From a virus (Duplodnaviria > Caudoviricetes), in the IMG/VR virus record IMGVR_UViG_3300047378_000193, positions 1-52,611 of that record: 52,611 nt of DNA; one strand, given 5' to 3'. How positions within the stretch are numbered: position 1 is the stretch's first letter; every line of letters begins with the position of its first letter. The translations under genes were made by a program, and so were the position numbers. The notes beneath the pieces were generated by a model. The model searched no databases. It was given only the letters and a program-made list of their open reading frames with translations, and was not told where the DNA came from. Of this stretch, positions 47,762-52,611 are shown piece after piece.

Positions 47762-49480
47762 TTAGCCATCACAAGCTAAACAATCTTCATTCATTGCTTG
47801 CTGAGCTATATCACCACGTAAAACAGATTCTGTTCTAGTATAATATAAGGTTTTAACACCTTTCTTCCAAGCATCAAAATGAACTTTATTCAACCACTTA
47901 GGTGTAGCTTCAGACGGAAAAGCTAAGTTTAAACTAACCGACTGATCTATATATTGTTGCCTCAGTCCAGCTTGATTAACTAATTCCAGTTGATTAATCT
48001 CTTTAAACGTTTTAAAAACTTCCTTAGCAGGTATGTCGTGAAGTAAAGTAACACCATCAAGAGCATCGATACCCTGTACGCTACCTCCGTCAGCCAATAT
48101 TTTATCCCATGTTTCATTGTTATTAATTTTTAGTTTTCTTAATAGCTTTACTAACGTCGGATTTTTCCTAATAAAAGTCCCCTTTGCACTCTGTTCTGTA
48201 AAAACATTTGCAGCCCACGGCTCAATACCTGGACTAACATTACCGCTAAGCTTACTATTACTGACAGTAGGAGCGATAGCCCTAAGATGAGTGTTACGCA
48301 TACCCGTGCCAACACACCAAAGAGGTTCCCCATAGATCTCAGCAAGATCTCTAGAGGCTCTTTCACTTTCGATTTTAATCTGGCTAAATATCTTCCTTGT
48401 TTCAAACTGAGCAAGTAAACCTTCAAAAGGAATGCTTTTTTCTTGGAGATAGGTGTGCCATCCAAGTACACCCAGCCCAAGTGCTCTTCCTTTTTGAGCA
48501 GAACGAACGGCATTTTCAAAACCTCTAAGTCCTTTTGCTCTTTGAATAAACTCCTCCATAACGCCGTCAAGAAACCACGTAGCGTCGTATATAAGGTTAG
48601 TGTCTTTCCATTCTTCATATTTTGCTAAATTTAATGATGACAAACAGCATACAAAGCTATGATTCTCATCTGTTGTTAATGTTATCTCCGAACATATGTT
48701 AGTCATATGTACTTTTAATCCGTTGTCTTTATATGCTTCTGGATTTGCTTTATTAACATTTCCTTTAAACATAATATACGGTTCTCCAGTTGACTTTCGT
48801 TTTCTAAGTAATTTACTCCATCTAGATCTTGCTTCTTTATCTCCTTGTTCAAGCTTACGCATAAACTTGTCACCAATAATTGCGCACTGATGTAAGTTAA
48901 GCGATTGTCTGTTAACATCTCCTTTAGGTTCCCTGATTTCAAGCCACTCCTCGAAGTCATCATGTTCAATGTTGATATTAACTGAGGCAGCTCCACGACG
49001 GACACTCCCTTGATTAGTTGCAAGAATTGTTGAGTCATATATCTTGCAGAAAGGTACGACTCCATCTGATGTTCCATTACCTGTTATTCTAGCGCCAGCG
49101 GGTCTAATTTGATTTATACCGATACCAACTCCACCGCCATGCTTAGCGAGTAGCATCATCTCTAAATTTTTACTACCTATGTCCTGTATCGAATCTGCTA
49201 CATCAATCCCAAAACAGCTAATAGGCAAACCGCGGTCAGTACCAGTGTTGCTGAGTACAGGGCTAGCAAGACAAAGCCAGCCATTCCAGATGTATTCAAA
49301 AAACTTTTCAGCCATTTCAGGTTTATAAAGTCTACGAGCAACCGTTTTAGCGACTCTTTGGTATGCTTCTCTAGGCGTTTCTCCGTCAAGTAAATATCCC
49401 CCGGATATTGTCTTCTTGTATACGTCCGTATTACCCCACGCAGGGTAATCTTCTCCTTTGATCCATTCATTATTCCACAT
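47762..49480 (-). CDS. nrdA: Class I ribonucleotide reductase alpha subunit (compact, no ATP cone)
   Basis: PISCF, TNICSEI, AIAPTVS, IDQSVSLN, KTLYY and C-terminal CLAC. Confidence 0.95.
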   Translation of the reverse strand: MWNNEWIKGEDYPAWGNTDVYKKTISGGYLLDGETPREAYQRVAKTVARRLYKPEMAEKFFEYIWNGWLCLASPVLSNTGTDRGLPISCFGIDVADSIQDIGSKNLEMMLLAKHGGGVGIGINQIRPAGARITGNGTSDGVVPFCKIYDSTILATNQGSVRRGAASVNINIEHDDFEEWLEIREPKGDVNRQSLNLHQCAIIGDKFMRKLEQGDKEARSRWSKLLRKRKSTGEPYIMFKGNVNKANPEAYKDNGLKVHMTNICSEITLTTDENHSFVCCLSSLNLAKYEEWKDTNLIYDATWFLDGVMEEFIQRAKGLRGFENAVRSAQKGRALGLGVLGWHTYLQEKSIPFEGLLAQFETRKIFSQIKIESERASRDLAEIYGEPLWCVGTGMRNTHLRAIAPTVSNSKLSGNVSPGIEPWAANVFTEQSAKGTFIRKNPTLVKLLRKLKINNNETWDKILADGGSVQGIDALDGVTLLHDIPAKEVFKTFKEINQLELVNQAGLRQQYIDQSVSLNLAFPSEATPKWLNKVHFDAWKKGVKTLYYTRTESVLRGDIAQQAMNEDCLACDG

Positions 49481-49758
49481 TATGTTAAATATAATATTAT
49501 GTAGGCTATTGCTACGTTTAAATTAACTGCAACTAAGTTCCATTGCTTAGCCACAAATACTTGCGGTATTGATATTATACCTGCTATTACATATGTTACC
49601 ATACCTATCTTGTCTGGTAGTAAATGAGGACTCATCATCATAAATGAAGTCCCCATATATCCTAATCTACTTGATAACCTCTCTACTGGAGTCAGCTTTT
49701 TCTGCCTCACTAGACTCTTGAGCCACTTTTTCTTTAAGCTTTTCGATAGCTTTTTCAT
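49480..49758 (-). CDS. Small membrane protein (true start possibly GTG 49710)
   Basis: About three hydrophobic segments; TAATG-coupled to nrdA. Confidence 0.65.
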   Translation of the reverse strand: MKKLSKSLKKKWLKSLVRQKKLTPVERLSSRLGYMGTSFMMMSPHLLPDKIGMVTYVIAGIISIPQVFVAKQWNLVAVNLNVAIAYIILYLT

Positions 49759-49906
49759 ATCCTTCCATGTTTTTTATTGTCTCTAATGTACCTACAGCTA
49801 AATCTTTTAGATAACTATTTTCATCTAACAGTTGCTGAGCTACTCTTACTAATGCTTCTATTTTTTTCTCTAATAGATCTAATCTACTTTGTTTTTGTTT
49901 TGTCAT
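49667..49906 (-). CDS. Coiled-coil hypothetical protein
   Basis: 79 aa; A-rich leader. Confidence 0.7.
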   Translation of the reverse strand: MTKQKQSRLDLLEKKIEALVRVAQQLLDENSYLKDLAVGTLETIKNMEGYEKAIEKLKEKVAQESSEAEKADSSREVIK

Positions 49907-49924
49907 TTTATAATAAATTATTTG

Positions 49925-50893
49925 TTACCATATGTCTTCAAAGTCCTCTCCTTCATTCGCTTTCGAATAATCCGTCGGCCTAATAGCAAAAAAATCAGTA
50001 TGAGTGACGCCCCCGGTAAGATGATAAAACCAATCGAGATTATTCGCTGCCTTTTGGTCGTATGCAAAGTAGTTACCCAAATCGACATAACCAAGTTCCA
50101 CAAGTTTTTCATTTGTTCTTTTCTTTATAAAGTGTTTTAAATCATTAGCAGATATTCCCTCTATATCACCCATCTCAAACATCTTATTGATATACTTTGT
50201 TTCTAAAGATACCATTGTCTCAGCAGCTTTTATAACATCTTCTCTACATAAATGCAACAGTTGATCATCTTCTTCACACATATGTCTAAACAATTTACAA
50301 CCCATTTTACTATGTAATGATTCGTCTCTTACAGACCATTTCATTTGTTGCCCAATACCTTTAAGCAAATTTCTAAGCTGAAAAGAATAAAGTACCGCAA
50401 AAGCAGAATATAAAGAAACTCCTTCGGCAAATGCAGAAAATACAGCAAGAGACTTAGCGATACTAGTTCTACTGTTGCCAGTATAAGATACGAGATTATC
50501 AAATCTATCTGCTGTAGCAGGTTCATGTAAAAACGCTTCATAGTCTTCTAGTTTTAAAGTTTCATTTAAATAACTATAAGCAACAGCATGTATTGTTTCT
50601 TGAGAACCAAACATCATTGCCATTTGTTGGATCTCGTGTTTTGGAAACCATCCAACAACTTTTTGAGTCCAATAATCGGAAACTGCGCATTCTGTTTGAG
50701 CGAACCCAAGTAAAATATTTCCGACGAGGTTTTTTTCTTTTTCGTTAAGTTTTTCATTCCAATCTTTTATATCGCTTTGCATTGAGATCTCTGTGTGTAA
50801 CCAAAATGCTTGTGCTTGTTTTAACCAGCCCTCAGTATAATACTCAGGATATTCAAATGGTTTATACGCTACGCGCTCATCAAACAATCCCAT
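49925..50893 (-). CDS. nrdB: Class I ribonucleotide reductase beta subunit
   Basis: FWLHTEI, ETIHAVAY, EGVSLYSAF, RDESLH. Confidence 0.95.
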   Translation of the reverse strand: MGLFDERVAYKPFEYPEYYTEGWLKQAQAFWLHTEISMQSDIKDWNEKLNEKEKNLVGNILLGFAQTECAVSDYWTQKVVGWFPKHEIQQMAMMFGSQETIHAVAYSYLNETLKLEDYEAFLHEPATADRFDNLVSYTGNSRTSIAKSLAVFSAFAEGVSLYSAFAVLYSFQLRNLLKGIGQQMKWSVRDESLHSKMGCKLFRHMCEEDDQLLHLCREDVIKAAETMVSLETKYINKMFEMGDIEGISANDLKHFIKKRTNEKLVELGYVDLGNYFAYDQKAANNLDWFYHLTGGVTHTDFFAIRPTDYSKANEGEDFEDIW

Positions 50894-51045
50894 TATTTAA
50901 ATACTTTTAATGATATATCAAGGAATGGTATATAAAATACGTGTATTGAGAAATCCTCCTCTATATAAGATCTAAACCCTAATAATACCCCTGGATAAAG
51001 TCCAAACTCTATAATCCAAGCTGTTTCGTTTTCTTTGTCTTTCAT
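50893..51045 (-). CDS. 50-aa hypothetical protein
   Basis: Hand translation MKDKENETAWIIEFGLYPGVLLGFRSYIEEDFSIHVFYIPFLDISLKVFK; TAATG-coupled to nrdB. Confidence 0.7.
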   Translation of the reverse strand: MKDKENETAWIIEFGLYPGVLLGFRSYIEEDFSIHVFYIPFLDISLKVFK

Positions 51046-51212
51046 GTGCATATAATATTATATCTTTTATGTAATTGTTCTATATCTGTTGATCTTACTC
51101 TACCTTTTGCTTCCCAGCTCCATTTAACAAACTTGTCAATCTGACGCTCAGCATATTTTTGTCTTGCTATCCTTTTTGCTTCGAAAGGATTAACCTTACT
51201 GTCTCGTCGCAT
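51042..51212 (-). CDS. 56-aa hypothetical protein
   Basis: Hand translation MRRDSKVNPFEAKRIARQKYAERQIDKFVKWSWEAKGRVRSTDIEQLHKRYNIICT; ATGA overlap with the next gene. Confidence 0.6.
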   Translation of the reverse strand: MRRDSKVNPFEAKRIARQKYAERQIDKFVKWSWEAKGRVRSTDIEQLHKRYNIICT

Positions 51213-51625
51213 TCTTTTTGATTTTGTGGTTTGTATAATGTGTGTCCAGGAAACTGCTTAGATACCAGTAACTTAAACATTTTCCATCGCATAGGAAAAG
51301 ATTCATTTGCTCTACCTTTTGTTTCAATTATAAAATCATCGCCTATGAAATCAGGTGTGTACTTAATAGGTAGTATACGTTTACAACCTCTATTTTTATA
51401 CTCACCCTTACCGTTAGATTGTCTTTCATAGACTTCATTTTCAAAATGAAAACCACTTAATAAAACAAATGTTTCTCCTTCATATTTTGTTTTTATCCTA
51501 GCCTTCCTTAACGCGATGTACATGTACTTTTCAAGCCCTGAAGCAAAGTCGATACCGTCATACGATACCTTCTTTGCTCTTACTGGACCACGTTTACCGC
51601 TTTTTCTTTTATAAGTTTTCTTCAT
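51167..51625 (-). CDS. T7 endonuclease I-like PD-(D/E)xK nuclease / junction resolvase
   Basis: FASGLE, YTPDFI, IIETKG. Confidence 0.85.
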   Translation of the reverse strand: MKKTYKRKSGKRGPVRAKKVSYDGIDFASGLEKYMYIALRKARIKTKYEGETFVLLSGFHFENEVYERQSNGKGEYKNRGCKRILPIKYTPDFIGDDFIIETKGRANESFPMRWKMFKLLVSKQFPGHTLYKPQNQKECDETVRLILSKQKG

Positions 51626-51902
51626 AATGTTTACCAGTGTTACCGTTTTGACCTATAACGTCCATTCGGTTAATCATAACCTCTTCTATTTCATCAGTCA
51701 AACAACGTCTTGCAGCTTCAATATATAATAAAGCATCCATTAACTCTTCTTGAACATCAACTAAAAACCTATCAAGATCTTTTTCTTGACCCTCTATTTC
51801 CTGCATCATTGTAGCGCCATACTTTTTTTGACCTATTAAACTACGTTGATCCATTTTAGCTAGTACTTTCTGAACTATCTTATCTTCTGTTTTTATTCTC
51901 AT
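51609..51902 (-). CDS. Small all-alpha NTP pyrophosphatase-like protein
   Basis: GQKKYG...QEELMDALLY motif. Confidence 0.6.
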   Translation of the reverse strand: MRIKTEDKIVQKVLAKMDQRSLIGQKKYGATMMQEIEGQEKDLDRFLVDVQEELMDALLYIEAARRCLTDEIEEVMINRMDVIGQNGNTGKHYEENL

Positions 51903-52611
51903 TATAATGTCTGCTTTACAAATGTTCCATTAATCATTTTACCTTGCCTAGATTTTATAACATCGTAAGCGCTACTTATACAGTCTTCTATATTATGACC
52001 TCTTAATTTAGCTAGGTTTGTTAATACAACAACCATATCACCAATAGCATCAATTACTTCAGGCTCGTCGTTTTTTAATATAGCTTGAGCAAGCTCACCA
52101 GCCTCTTCCATGAGCTTAACATATTGAGTTCTAGCATCACCTGATTTATATATTCCTTTATCATCAGCCCACTCTCTTATTAACTCAAACTGATTTTTAT
52201 ACGAGTATAGTTTCTCTGGATATGTAGAGTTGGTTGTATCTTTTAGACTAAAACAGGCTTCGTGAAAAGCCTTATTGTAAATGTAGCTTCGATTGTCATT
52301 GTACATCGAAGTGATTGCGTTTTTAATTATCCAAGGTATAGTATCTTTTGTTAATTCAAAATTATAACCTTGTGGTGTTTTCCATTTTAACCCTATGTTG
52401 TCCATAAGATGTCCTTTTAATTTATTGACTGGAACTGGAAACGTACTTGTTTGTTCTGTTGGATTAATTTTCATGTTTAATTTAAATAGATTTTTATAAA
52501 GTGTTCTGTCTTTCTTATAGCCATAAGACTGTTGAAGCTCTATTTCGCGGTTAGATACATAATCTATATCTTCTGACTGCTCAAGAACTTCATACTCACC
52601 CTCCTTATAGC
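51902..52611 (-). CDS. MazG-like NTP pyrophosphohydrolase with an N-terminal extension (5'-partial)
   Basis: KLMEEAGELA...DAIGDMVV; the frame stays open upstream of ATG 52474 to the window end. Confidence 0.8.
   Translation of the reverse strand, partial: YKEGEYEVLEQSEDIDYVSNREIELQQSYGYKKDRTLYKNLFKLNMKINPTEQTSTFPVPVNKLKGHLMDNIGLKWKTPQGYNFELTKDTIPWIIKNAITSMYNDNRSYIYNKAFHEACFSLKDTTNSTYPEKLYSYKNQFELIREWADDKGIYKSGDARTQYVKLMEEAGELAQAILKNDEPEVIDAIGDMVVVLTNLAKLRGHNIEDCISSAYDVIKSRQGKMINGTFVKQTL

Noticed and set aside
47762-50893. Introns or inteins in nrdA, nrdB or terL
   Set aside because: All three frames are continuous and of normal or compact length, with no intein or homing-endonuclease motifs

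Overview
This AT-rich window comes from a lytic tailed dsDNA phage with podovirus-type morphogenesis genes. The host is most likely an aquatic Bacteroidota (Flavobacteriaceae) bacterium, judging by AT-rich leaders without Shine-Dalgarno motifs, a compact class I NrdA and a gene order like Cellulophaga phi38:1/crAss-like relatives; this taxonomy is inference. Positions 1-1083 are a minus-strand early-type region with small genes, three copies of a 39-bp promoter-like repeat and structured intergenic elements. Positions 1084-1415 are a divergent non-coding switch region. The plus-strand late module (1416-47602) holds tail fibres and lectin-like proteins, GroEL, GroES, small basic proteins, a holin, a tandem GroES-like protein, terminase, portal, scaffold, capsid, tail ring and stabilisation proteins, a GNAT, three ejection proteins and an M15 endolysin. 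Positions 47762-52611 are a minus-strand nucleotide-metabolism module (nrdA, nrdB, endonuclease I-like, MazG-like). Top leads: (1) a sigma70-like region 2/3/4 segment inside the 2624-aa putative ejection protein, together with early promoters that do not match the host consensus, suggesting a virion-delivered sigma factor; (2) long +1-frame ORFs overprinted on terL and nrdA; (3) a three-part chaperonin set that includes a tandem double-GroES; (4) small proteins sharing an [ST]P-hydrophobic motif beside a zincin protease. All family calls come from motif recognition by eye; no searches were run.
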